The translations under genes and the position numbers were made by a program. This document shows, in pieces, positions 20,226 through 28,494 of a stretch of 64,000 nucleotides of DNA (the first letter of the stretch is position 1; each line of letters starts with the position of its first letter). The DNA is from an uncultured Oscillospiraceae bacterium. Lineage in GTDB: Bacteria; Bacillota; Clostridia; Oscillospirales; Oscillospiraceae. Under the pieces are notes generated by a model, which saw only the letters and a list, made by a program, of their open reading frames with translations, had not been told where the DNA came from and made no database searches. The stretch covers positions 18,269 through 82,268 of the forward strand of contig CAJTUD010000005.1 of the NCBI GenBank assembly GCA_910579725.1, written 5' to 3'.

Positions 20226-20981
20226 TCAGGGATGCGCGTCAATTCCGAACCATTCCTCCAGTGTTTCTTTCCGACCTCGTTCCGCCCACTCCTGATAGGA
20301 CCGGAATACCTCCCGGACCCCGCCGAAGCGACGGACCAGCCGGTTCGCGGCCAGGAAGCTGCGCCAGTACTCAAAGAAAATGGATGCATAGTCTCCCTTG
20401 TAGGTCTTCGCGCCGAAGTCCTCCAGAGGATGGCCTCCGTACCTGGGCGCAAGCAGCTCCACCAGCAGGCGGTTGATCCGGGCCTCCCGGGCAAAGGCTC
20501 TGTCCGAAAGAAAGTACCGCCGGCCGATATACTCCACCATACCCTCCTCGAACCAGATTCCCGCTTCCCGGGCGGTGGAATCGTCAAAATCCGGAAACCA
20601 GTGGCTGTGATGCGCCAGCTCGTGGCCCAGAATGGACAACAAACGGCTGTCGTCCACACATGTTTCGTAATAGGCGCGGATTTCCGACACGCCCTCCCCC
20701 TTCAGGCCGTCCAGCTGCCTGAGCCAGATGTCCCTCCAGACCGCCGGGTCCGGGCAAAACACCACCCGGTATTCGTTGGTATACGCGGGGACGGGAATGC
20801 TGCTGAGGAGCTCCGTGGCGGTTTCCCGGCCGGCAAAGAGGATGGTCCGGGGCAGATCCCGCGCACCGTACTCCTCCCGCAGGCAGCGGAGACAGGCTTC
20901 CAGCCGGGGGCGGAAGCGCCGGGCGGCGGCTTCGTATGCGCGAAGCTCCTCCCCGCTTTTCACCGCGTACAGGTACCGCAC
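20226..20981 (-). CDS. Putative gluzincin-type zinc metallopeptidase (HExxH ... E)
   Basis: 251 aa containing HELAHH, followed about 20 residues later by WFEEGMVEY. No signal peptide. A GTG start lies 2 nt after the PilZ gene stop. Confidence 0.55.
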   Translation of the reverse strand: MRYLYAVKSGEELRAYEAAARRFRPRLEACLRCLREEYGARDLPRTILFAGRETATELLSSIPVPAYTNEYRVVFCPDPAVWRDIWLRQLDGLKGEGVSEIRAYYETCVDDSRLLSILGHELAHHSHWFPDFDDSTAREAGIWFEEGMVEYIGRRYFLSDRAFAREARINRLLVELLAPRYGGHPLEDFGAKTYKGDYASIFFEYWRSFLAANRLVRRFGGVREVFRSYQEWAERGRKETLEEWFGIDAHP

Positions 20982-20983
20982 GA

Positions 20984-21625
20984 TTATTCCTTCCGCCGCT
21001 GCTGGCGCTGCTGCTGGAAAATGAAGCTGCGCAGGACGGACTCGTGGCGGGAGAGCATGTTTACAAATTTGCAGCCGTAACCGTAGAGAATCTGGTTCTG
21101 GGTCAGAGAGGCGTTTTCCACTCGGAGAATCTGAGCGCTGAGAGTCAGCTTCTCGCCGGTTTCCATAAAGTCAAACCACACCCGCCGGCCTTTGGCCAGC
21201 AGCAGGGAGGTCCGCAGATACACGCCTCCGGCGCTGATGTTCACCACGGTGGCCGGCACCCCCAGCTCGGAAGGGCGCACCGGATCGCCGGGCTGATAGG
21301 CCGAGTGGAGCATGATGTTCAGCCCCAGGGGAATTTTCACATCTTGACGGCGCTGGTCCTGGGCCAGCTGCTCCTGCACCTCGCAGCGCAGGGAGCACAT
21401 CTCTCCCCCCGGCAGAGGCAGGGCCGCCGACAGGCGGCACCGGCAGGTCACGCGTCCCAGCACCGGATCATAAAATACGACCCGGTAGTTGGTGTTGGCT
21501 TTATACACGGCGGCTCGGGGAATGACCAGCAGAATCTCCCCGGAGCGTCCCACGCTGACCCGGGACTGGCAGATCAGCGCTCCCGTTTTTTCTAAAATGT
21601 CCGCTTTTTTGCATTTTTCAAACAT
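20984..21625 (-). CDS. PilZ-domain protein, YcgR/MotI-like flagellar brake candidate
   Basis: The C-terminal PilZ motifs are RRQDVK (RRxxxR with a final K) and NISAGG ([D/N]xSxxG). About 213 aa if started at the ATG at 21625 (GGAGGGAAGGA SD). Divergent from flgM. Confidence 0.7.
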   Translation of the reverse strand: MFEKCKKADILEKTGALICQSRVSVGRSGEILLVIPRAAVYKANTNYRVVFYDPVLGRVTCRCRLSAALPLPGGEMCSLRCEVQEQLAQDQRRQDVKIPLGLNIMLHSAYQPGDPVRPSELGVPATVVNISAGGVYLRTSLLLAKGRRVWFDFMETGEKLTLSAQILRVENASLTQNQILYGYGCKFVNMLSRHESVLRSFIFQQQRQQRRKE

Positions 21626-21810
21626 AAGACGGCTCCTGTCCTTCCCTCCGGGGCGTCGGGGCGGCCCCGGATTGTATTCATCCCTATAATTATATAGGAA
21701 ACCGCCCCGGCTTGCAATGGAATTTTTCAAAAGTTTTTTCTTTTTTCGACGGAGTGCCGCTGAGACCAGGGCGTTTTCTCAGGATTTAACAAAAATTTTC
21801 TTGGCCTGCG

Positions 21811-21837
21811 TTATTTTTTCTGTTTCCGGACCGATAA
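21811..21837 (+). promoter_or_regulatory. Possible sigma-28 (SigD/FliA) promoter upstream of flgM
   Basis: TTATTTTT - 11 nt - ACCGATAA compared with the consensus TAAAGTTT-N11-GCCGATAA. The -10 is good and the -35 is poor. Confidence 0.3.
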
Positions 21838-21925
21838 AAATAATACAAAGACATTGATGTCCATAATCCGGATGACATGGCCTTGAGGCCGGTTCGGCCG
21901 GCACGATAAGGGGAGGTCAGTTGCT

Positions 21926-22231
21926 ATGCTGATTACAGGTACCGAGGGCTTTCTGCCCGTTCAAAAGAAAAACGCCGCCCGTCTGGCGGGGCCTGCGGGA
22001 GAGCGCCGGACCCAGGCGCGGGAGAGCCACTACGATCAGGTGGCCGTGTCCGCCGGGCAGGAGGGCGCCGGCTTCCGCGAGCTGGTGGCCAATCTGTCCT
22101 ATCAGGTGCGCACCTATAATACCACCGGGAAAATCCAGGAGCTGCGCCGTCAGGTGAGCTCCGGCGAGTACCAGATTGAACCCAGGGAAACGGCGGCCAG
22201 AATGCTGCTGATGATGGAGGAGGGCGAGTGA
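21926..22231 (+). CDS. flgM: Anti-sigma-28 factor FlgM
   Basis: 101 aa with the C-terminal FlgM signature (KIQELRRQVSSGEYQIEPRETAARML). It sits immediately upstream of flgN-flgK. Confidence 0.8.
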   Translation: MLITGTEGFLPVQKKNAARLAGPAGERRTQARESHYDQVAVSAGQEGAGFRELVANLSYQVRTYNTTGKIQELRRQVSSGEYQIEPRETAARMLLMMEEGE

Positions 22232-22677
22232 TGGCCGGATTGTGGCGGGATTACTTGGCCCTTCTGGACAGTCTGGGCGGAACGCTGGAGGAGCTCACGG
22301 AGCTGGAGCGGACCAAGACGCTGGCCGTGGGACGCAGCGACCTGGACGGGCTGGAGGAGTGCATGAAGCGGGAGCAGGTGGCCAGCCTGACCCTGCGGGG
22401 CCTGGACCAGAAGCGGGATAAACTGCTGGCCGGGATGGGGCTGGCCGGAGTGCCCCTGCGGGATATGCCGGAGCGCGCGCCGCAGGACATACGGCAGGAG
22501 GTCAAGGAAGCCGCGGAGCGGCTGCGGCGGAAGTATGAGCTCTTCCAGTCCGCCTCCGACGTGGCCCGCAACACCCTGGAGTGCAACCTCCACGCCATTG
22601 AGAAGCTGCAAAAGGCCCAGGACGCGCCGCATCCCGAGGAGCAGGAGCAGCTGCGTCAATCGGATTTCCGGGCGTAA
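22228..22677 (+). CDS. flgN: FlgN-family flagellar export chaperone
   Basis: About 149 aa, all-helical, with start/stop overlap with flgM (GTGATG). It occupies the yvyG/flgN slot between flgM and flgK. Confidence 0.6.
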   Translation: MMAGLWRDYLALLDSLGGTLEELTELERTKTLAVGRSDLDGLEECMKREQVASLTLRGLDQKRDKLLAGMGLAGVPLRDMPERAPQDIRQEVKEAAERLRRKYELFQSASDVARNTLECNLHAIEKLQKAQDAPHPEEQEQLRQSDFRA

Positions 22678-22713
22678 GCGCCGGACGGATTTGAAATAAG
22701 GAGAAACTGAGAT

Positions 22714-25314
22714 ATGGCTGTTATCGGCACTTTTAGTTCGTTTACTACCGCCCGCCTGGGAATCTACGCCTCCCAGGCGTCGCTGAATGTTACCGGCAAT
22801 AATATTGCCAATATCAACACCAAGGGCTACACCCGCCAGAGGATGGATCTGGTAAGCCTCTATCCCAGCGGCGCGGGGAAGTACGCCAACATGTTCGACC
22901 GGAACATCGGCTACGGCGTTCTGGCCCAGACCCGCACCCAGCTGCGGGACCCCTTCCTGGACATCCGCTACCGCAACGAGAACACCAACCTGGAGGCCAG
23001 CGCGGAGAAGCTGGACGGCCTCTACCAGCTCAGCCACATCCTCGACGAGGTGGGTAAGGGCACTGGCAAGGAGGAGGGCTACGGCGTTATCCAGGCCCGG
23101 CTGAAAACCTTCATTGAGGCCCTCCAGAATCTGAAGGTCAACGTGGGCTCTCAGGAGCATGACGCCTTGGTCCGGGGCGAGGCGGAGGCCCTGGTGAAGT
23201 TTTTCAACACGACGGCCAACGGCCTCCAGGATGTTTATGACGGGAAGGTCAAGGACTTTACGGAAAGCCTGACCGCCGTCAACAAGCTGCTCACCGACAT
23301 CCGTGACCTCAATGAGCACATCCGCACCCAGGCCCTCTACGGGGACAACGCCCTGGAGCTGCGGGACCAGAGGAATCTGGCGCTGGACGCTCTCTCCGGG
23401 TATATGAAGATCAACGTGGAGTACTCCATGGAGCGCATCGACCAGTTTACTGAGGTGGAAAAGATCACCGTCACCCTGGCGGGCAGCAAGGGCCCTGACG
23501 GCAAGCCCATCAAGCTTATCGACGGCATCTATGGCGGGCAGATCAATTTGCAGCCGAACGAACCGGCGATGAACCCCAACTATGATCCGGTGGCGATCAA
23601 TAAGGAAAAGGAAAAGGCAAAGCAGGATGCGGAGGCGGCTGATCCACTGAAAAGCGGAGATCCGGCCAATCCGACGAAATGGGAGACGCAGGTTGCACAG
23701 AAAGTAGCGGCTGCGCAGGCACAAGCGGAAATAGATCACGATAAAGATGACCCGGATTGGATACAGGAGGTGGCGGACCGGGTAGCCGCCGCAGAAGCTG
23801 AAGCGGAAGAAGCCGTAAAAAAAGTCACCGATCCGAATGATCCGGATTTGCAGACGAAAATTGATGAGGCAAAGGCTAAAGCAAAAGCAGAGACCGAAGC
23901 AGCAGCCGAACAAGAGCGTCTGGACTTGATCAAAGCCGATGTGGCTGCTGCGGAAAAGGCCGCATGGAAAGATGCGGCGGCAGAGCGGCAAGAACTTATT
24001 GACAATGCTGTCAAAGTCAAGGAAGATGAACTGATTGAGGCAGGCGGAAAATATATCAAAAAGCCGGTCGATCCCAACGATCCTAATGAGCCTGTCAAAT
24101 ACACCAACGACATCAATGAAGCCAAAACCTACGAGAACGAAAAATTCCTCCTCCAGGTAGAACCCTTGAAGGACCGCCGGGACCGGCTGATGATCGAGGC
24201 CAACACGGTCAGCAAAAAGAGCGAGGTGGTGGAGCTCAACGACACGGTCCTCTATGGCAGCCTCCAGTCCATGCGGGAGATGCTCACCGAGGAGGGCGAG
24301 TATGCCAGCAAGGAGGATCTGAACAAGGATCAGGATCCGCCCCGACTCAGCGGAGACCCCGACGCCAGCACCAAGCGGGGCATCCCCTACTACCAGAAGG
24401 CGCTGGACAGTCTGGCGAAGAAGTTTGCGGAGGAGTTCAACCAGGCCAACCAGCTCCCCGCGACCACGGTGTATCAGATGAATCAGGCAGTGCCTGGAAC
24501 AATCACAGGGGCGGACACTTTTTTGAACGCAGACGGCGATCCGGTTCAGTATAAGGACGAGGACGGCAATCTAAAGGACATCACAGTGGATGATGTCACC
24601 AAGGTCATCCAGCAGCCGAAACTGGACGAAAACGGCAAGCCGGTATTGGATGCGAACGGCGATCCTGTAATGGAGGAGGTTCGTGTCCCCTACGACATGG
24701 CGGACGGGGATCAGTACGAAAAGGCCAGCGAGCTTCTGACCCTTCTGGCCAAGGAAGGCAAGAAGGATCCCCTCTATGAGTTCTATGACGGCGGCGTGCT
24801 CTTCAGCACCAGCGGCAACAACAACAATCCCGACGGCATCACCGCCAAGAATATTTCCATTTCCAACGGCTGGGCCAACAACGTGGTGCATATCCTCAAC
24901 GACAAGCGGCCCGACGAGTACACCAATGACGGCGAGGTCATTCCCGGCAGCAGCCGCAACGAGAATATCCAGCACATGATTACCTTGTTTGACAAGAAAC
25001 TGGAATATGCCGCAACGGATGTGCAGGCGGATTCCGCCGCCACGGACCCGATTTTCAAGGGCTCCTTCCGGGAGGTGTATACCGCCATCGGCACCACATT
25101 GGGCGATGATGAGAGCGTCACCATCGGCAAGGTGGAAAACTATTCCGTCCTGACGCTGGATCTGGAGAACCAGCGGCAGAGCGTATCCGGCGTGGACCTC
25201 AACGACGAGGCCACCAACATGATGCAGTTCAGCAAGTCCTATTCCGCGGCCTGCCGCCTGCTGACCACTATTGATTCGATGCTTGATAAGCTCATCAACG
25301 GCACCGCCGTCTGA
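22714..25314 (+). CDS. flgK: Flagellar hook-associated protein 1 (hook-filament junction), oversized
   Basis: N-terminal axial motif ARLGIYASQASLNVTGNNIANINTKGYTRQ and a C-terminal rod-type helix (NDEATNMMQFSKSYSAACRLLTTIDSMLDKLI). 866 aa with large internal insertions. Confidence 0.92.
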   Translation: MAVIGTFSSFTTARLGIYASQASLNVTGNNIANINTKGYTRQRMDLVSLYPSGAGKYANMFDRNIGYGVLAQTRTQLRDPFLDIRYRNENTNLEASAEKLDGLYQLSHILDEVGKGTGKEEGYGVIQARLKTFIEALQNLKVNVGSQEHDALVRGEAEALVKFFNTTANGLQDVYDGKVKDFTESLTAVNKLLTDIRDLNEHIRTQALYGDNALELRDQRNLALDALSGYMKINVEYSMERIDQFTEVEKITVTLAGSKGPDGKPIKLIDGIYGGQINLQPNEPAMNPNYDPVAINKEKEKAKQDAEAADPLKSGDPANPTKWETQVAQKVAAAQAQAEIDHDKDDPDWIQEVADRVAAAEAEAEEAVKKVTDPNDPDLQTKIDEAKAKAKAETEAAAEQERLDLIKADVAAAEKAAWKDAAAERQELIDNAVKVKEDELIEAGGKYIKKPVDPNDPNEPVKYTNDINEAKTYENEKFLLQVEPLKDRRDRLMIEANTVSKKSEVVELNDTVLYGSLQSMREMLTEEGEYASKEDLNKDQDPPRLSGDPDASTKRGIPYYQKALDSLAKKFAEEFNQANQLPATTVYQMNQAVPGTITGADTFLNADGDPVQYKDEDGNLKDITVDDVTKVIQQPKLDENGKPVLDANGDPVMEEVRVPYDMADGDQYEKASELLTLLAKEGKKDPLYEFYDGGVLFSTSGNNNNPDGITAKNISISNGWANNVVHILNDKRPDEYTNDGEVIPGSSRNENIQHMITLFDKKLEYAATDVQADSAATDPIFKGSFREVYTAIGTTLGDDESVTIGKVENYSVLTLDLENQRQSVSGVDLNDEATNMMQFSKSYSAACRLLTTIDSMLDKLINGTAV

Positions 25315-25343
25315 TAGACCGACCAAAGGAGGATATTTCAACT

Positions 25344-26903
25344 ATGGGTATGCGCGTTACCACCGGCATGGCGATGAACACCTACCGGTACAATTTGCAG
25401 CTTTCCACCAGCAATAAGACCAACTCCATGAACAAGGTGCTCTCGCACCGGCAGTTTGACAGCTTTTCGGCGAACCCCTCCTCCGCCCTTCAGGCGTGGC
25501 GGGTCCGCCGGGCCATGGCGGACAACGCCAGCTATCAGAAGAACAACAACGACACCTATAGCCGTTTCAGCATTGCTTCAGCAACGATGGGCCTGATCAA
25601 GACGGAGCTGGAAAAGGCGGGCACAGAGGCCGACATCCGGGGTAGCAGCGATTCCACCGCCTCCGCCCGCATTGAGCTGGGCAAGATTCTCAAGGACACC
25701 GGCGATTCGGTGATCCAGGCCATGAACAGCGCCAAGTACGGCGACCACTTTGTCTTCTCCGGGGACGACGAGATGAACGCCCCCTTCAGCTGGGACGGGG
25801 ATAAGCTGCTCTACCGCGGCGTCAACGTCAACGCGGGGCTGGTGGCCAATCCGGCGGACCCGAAGAATATTCCCAGCTGGGCGAAGGACGAGGACGGAAA
25901 TGTGGTTGGCCTGCGGCAGGAGGCCGACCTTCCCGCAGGGATGCCTGAGTCGAGCGAGGATGCCGGCGAGCAGGCGTGGATTGATTATTATAAGGCTGAT
26001 AAAGCGGCCCTGGAGGATGGAACAGCTAGACCCACTATTCCGGCAGCTCCTGCACCTGACTGGGCAAAGGATGAAAATGGAAACCAAATCACATTAGAAT
26101 TGGAAAACAAGGTCCCGGAGGGAATGCCCACTTCCAGCACGAACGATGTTGAACAGGCGTGGATTGATTATTTTACGGATCAGAAAAAAGCTGCGGACGA
26201 TCCGAACTACACTGCTGTCTATCCCAAGCCCTCGGACCCGCCGGGCGCCGCGTGGGGTGAGCCGGACAAATATGGGGTCCCGGAGAAAGCTAAAGATGTG
26301 GATGAAACCCACGACGCATATAACCGGGCCTGGGCTGCGTACTATCTGGACCAAGCCGACGTGCAGCGTCTGGAGAAGCTTAACGGCGCGTACGAGAACG
26401 TGGATCTGGGCATGGGCCTTCAGGAGGACGAGAACGGCAAGCTCATCGACGGCACCGCCTTCGACCGCTCCCTCCCCGGCATCCAGATGCTGGGATACGG
26501 TATTGATCAGGACGGCGACCCGAAGAACATCGTCATGATCATGCGCCGTCTGGGCGAAATTTTCAGCGGCTGCGATTCCGAAACAGGCGTGTTTTCCAAG
26601 AACGAGGAGGAAAACAAGGCGCTGCGGGAAGAAGCCGACCGGCTGATGAACAAGCTCAAGGACGCCACCAACAATACCAACCGCGCCTACACCGACATTG
26701 ACACGAAGGCCCACTACCTCAAGGAGAACCAGTCCCGTCTGAAAATGCAGGGCGACTATCTTCAGGAGGAGCGGGCGAACCTGGAGGATGTAGACCTGGC
26801 GGACGCTATCACCGAGTTCTCCTGGGACTACTACTGCTACAGCGCGGCGCTGAAGGTTGGTACGCAGCTGCTCAGTCAGTCTCTGATTGATTATATGAAC
26901 TGA
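25344..26903 (+). CDS. flgL: Flagellar hook-associated protein 3 (HAP3), oversized
   Basis: Flagellin-fold termini (MRVTTGM...; C-terminal DVDLADAITEFSWDYYCYSAALKVGTQLLSQSLIDYM). It lies directly after flgK. 519 aa with internal repeats. Confidence 0.85.
   Translation: MGMRVTTGMAMNTYRYNLQLSTSNKTNSMNKVLSHRQFDSFSANPSSALQAWRVRRAMADNASYQKNNNDTYSRFSIASATMGLIKTELEKAGTEADIRGSSDSTASARIELGKILKDTGDSVIQAMNSAKYGDHFVFSGDDEMNAPFSWDGDKLLYRGVNVNAGLVANPADPKNIPSWAKDEDGNVVGLRQEADLPAGMPESSEDAGEQAWIDYYKADKAALEDGTARPTIPAAPAPDWAKDENGNQITLELENKVPEGMPTSSTNDVEQAWIDYFTDQKKAADDPNYTAVYPKPSDPPGAAWGEPDKYGVPEKAKDVDETHDAYNRAWAAYYLDQADVQRLEKLNGAYENVDLGMGLQEDENGKLIDGTAFDRSLPGIQMLGYGIDQDGDPKNIVMIMRRLGEIFSGCDSETGVFSKNEEENKALREEADRLMNKLKDATNNTNRAYTDIDTKAHYLKENQSRLKMQGDYLQEERANLEDVDLADAITEFSWDYYCYSAALKVGTQLLSQSLIDYMN
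25872..26350 (+). repeat. In-frame tandem repeats inside flgL (two clear 61-aa-period copies plus one degenerate copy)
   Basis: P[SD]WAKDE[DN]GN...[LV]P[AE]GMP[ET]SS...EQAWIDY[YF] occurs at 25872 and 26055 (183-nt period). caggcgtggattgattatt is repeated almost identically. A third, weaker copy ends in RAWAAYYLDQ. Confidence 0.8.
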
Positions 26904-26964
26904 TTTTTGTGTGTTACGGCAGGGATGCCGATGAAATTACGCAGAAGGGAGTGCGCGTCGCACC

Positions 26965-27570
26965 ATGAAACCGTTAATTGAGATTACCACTGTGCCGATC
27001 CAGATTGAGATGAAGACCACCAACGCCAAGCTGGAGTACGCCCGGGGTACGGCGGAGATGGAGATCTCCAGAGACAAGAAAGGACTCCAGATCAAAAGCC
27101 GCCCCATCCGGGTCAATATTGACACCTTCGAGGCCCGCAACTCCATCACCCCCACCCTGGCCCGCAGTCAGGAGCAGAACGCCCAGAAGGGCATTCAGGC
27201 CGCCTACCGGGCCACCGCGACCTTTGCGCAGCAAGGGAAACTGATGATGGAGACCAAGCTGGGGGAAGAAGTCATTACCAAGTTCTCCCGGGAATCCCTG
27301 CTGGAGGGCGTGAAGGACGTGGGGCTGAAATTTCTGCCCACCACCGGTCCGGAGATCACCTGGGACGTGGGGGAGATGAACATCCGCTATGAGATGGATA
27401 AGCTGAACTTTGACTGGAAGATCAGCGGGTGCAGCTTTGAGTTCACCCCCGGCGATATTGAGTTCACCGTCACTCAGCGGCCGGAGGTCATCGTCAAGTA
27501 TGTGGGCGGGCCCATCTATGTGCCCCCTTCCGCCGACCCCAACTACGAGCCGGTGGATGTAAAGGCGTAA
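26965..27570 (+). CDS. YviE-like protein of unknown function (flgL-fliW slot)
   Basis: 201 aa in the same position as B. subtilis yviE, between flgL and fliW. The assignment is positional and no motif is recognised. Confidence 0.55.
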   Translation: MKPLIEITTVPIQIEMKTTNAKLEYARGTAEMEISRDKKGLQIKSRPIRVNIDTFEARNSITPTLARSQEQNAQKGIQAAYRATATFAQQGKLMMETKLGEEVITKFSRESLLEGVKDVGLKFLPTTGPEITWDVGEMNIRYEMDKLNFDWKISGCSFEFTPGDIEFTVTQRPEVIVKYVGGPIYVPPSADPNYEPVDVKA

Positions 27571-27585
27571 ACGGGAGGATAGCGC

Positions 27586-28035
27586 GTGCTGCTGCAAACG
27601 AAATATTTTGGCGAGGTGGAATGTCCCCACCTGCTGCATTTTGAGCGGGGGCTGTTCGGTTTTGAGGAGGAGAAGGATTTCTGCCTGCTGCCCTTCGAGG
27701 GCAGCGAGGGGAGCCTGCTGTGCTTTCAGAGCGCCGCCACGCCTCACCTGGCCTTTGTGGCCATGAATCCCTTCACGCTGGACGCCGCCTACGCTCCTGT
27801 GCTGGCGGCGGAGGAGCTGCGCGCGCTGGAGGCTTCGCGCAGCGAGGAGCTGTGCTTCTACGCGCTGTGCGTGGTGCGAAGTCCCGTGGGGGAGAGTACG
27901 GTAAATCTGCGCTGCCCCATCGCCGTCAACGACCGCACCGGGAAGGCCATGCAGGTGATCCTGGATACGGAGGCATACCACATGCGCCACCGCCTCTCGG
28001 AGTTCCACGCCGGGAAGGGGGAAGGCCCATGCTGA
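27586..28035 (+). CDS. fliW: Flagellar assembly factor FliW
   Basis: 149 aa with the typical F.G.E....L.F..GL.GFE... N-terminus and NLR[CA]PI..N motif (NLRCPIAVN). Overlaps csrA. Confidence 0.9.
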   Translation: MLLQTKYFGEVECPHLLHFERGLFGFEEEKDFCLLPFEGSEGSLLCFQSAATPHLAFVAMNPFTLDAAYAPVLAAEELRALEASRSEELCFYALCVVRSPVGESTVNLRCPIAVNDRTGKAMQVILDTEAYHMRHRLSEFHAGKGEGPC

Positions 28036-28265
28036 TTCTCCAGCGGAAAGCGGGGGAATCCCTGACCATTGGAGATGAGATAGAGATCTCGGTGCTGTCG
28101 GTGGAAGCCGGCCGGGTTCGGCTGGCCATTCAGGCCCCCAAGAGCGTGTCCATTCTCCGCAGCGAGCTGAAAACCGCGGCGGAGGTCAACCGGGAGGCCG
28201 CCGGCGAGGAGGCGCCTCCTCTGGCTCTGCTGGACGTCCTGCGGGACGCCGGCGGGCAGGGATAA
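28029..28265 (+). CDS. csrA: Carbon storage regulator CsrA
   Basis: MLILQRKAGESLTIGDEIEISVLSVEAGRVRLAIQAPKSVSILRSEL, a canonical CsrA core. The start lies inside the fliW 3' end. Confidence 0.93.
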   Translation: MLILQRKAGESLTIGDEIEISVLSVEAGRVRLAIQAPKSVSILRSELKTAAEVNREAAGEEAPPLALLDVLRDAGGQG

Positions 28266-28375
28266 CGTCATAATAGTCATAGAACGTCCGCGTGCTTCAT
28301 AGAATGGAGCCGTGGACGTTTCCTTTTTCTGGGGAAACAGGAGGGTCTTCCGGCGGAAAAAACAGCGTCCTGACA

Positions 28376-28452
28376 GGAATTGACAAAATAACTGGGGAAA
28401 CTGCAAAATTTGGCGGCGGGAATTGACAACTTATAGATAAATTCGACAAAAT
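28376..28452 (+). promoter_or_regulatory. Duplicated promoter-like module upstream of flgB (2 x GGAATTGACAA-N-CAAAAT, 43-nt period), with a Spo0A-box-like TTCGACA
   Basis: TTGACA-N18-CAAAAT occurs at 28380-28409 and again at 28423-28452. TTCGACA (reverse complement TGTCGAA) is at 28442-28448. Confidence 0.35.
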
Positions 28453-28465
28453 TTTGATTTTCATC

Positions 28466-28494
28466 TTGCGTCCGGAGCAAAAATGTACTATACT
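28466..28494 (+). promoter_or_regulatory. Sigma-A type promoter candidate for the fla/che operon
   Basis: TTGCGT - 17 nt - TATACT, about 140 nt upstream of the flgB ATG. Confidence 0.45.

Noticed and set aside
25344-26903. Possibility that this flagellin-fold gene is the missing flagellin rather than flgL.
   Set aside because: It directly follows flgK and precedes the yviE-like gene and fliW, as flgL does in B. subtilis. The N-terminus lacks the flagellin-type LSSGLRIN/AxDDAAG segment. The C-terminus matches the HAP3 pattern.
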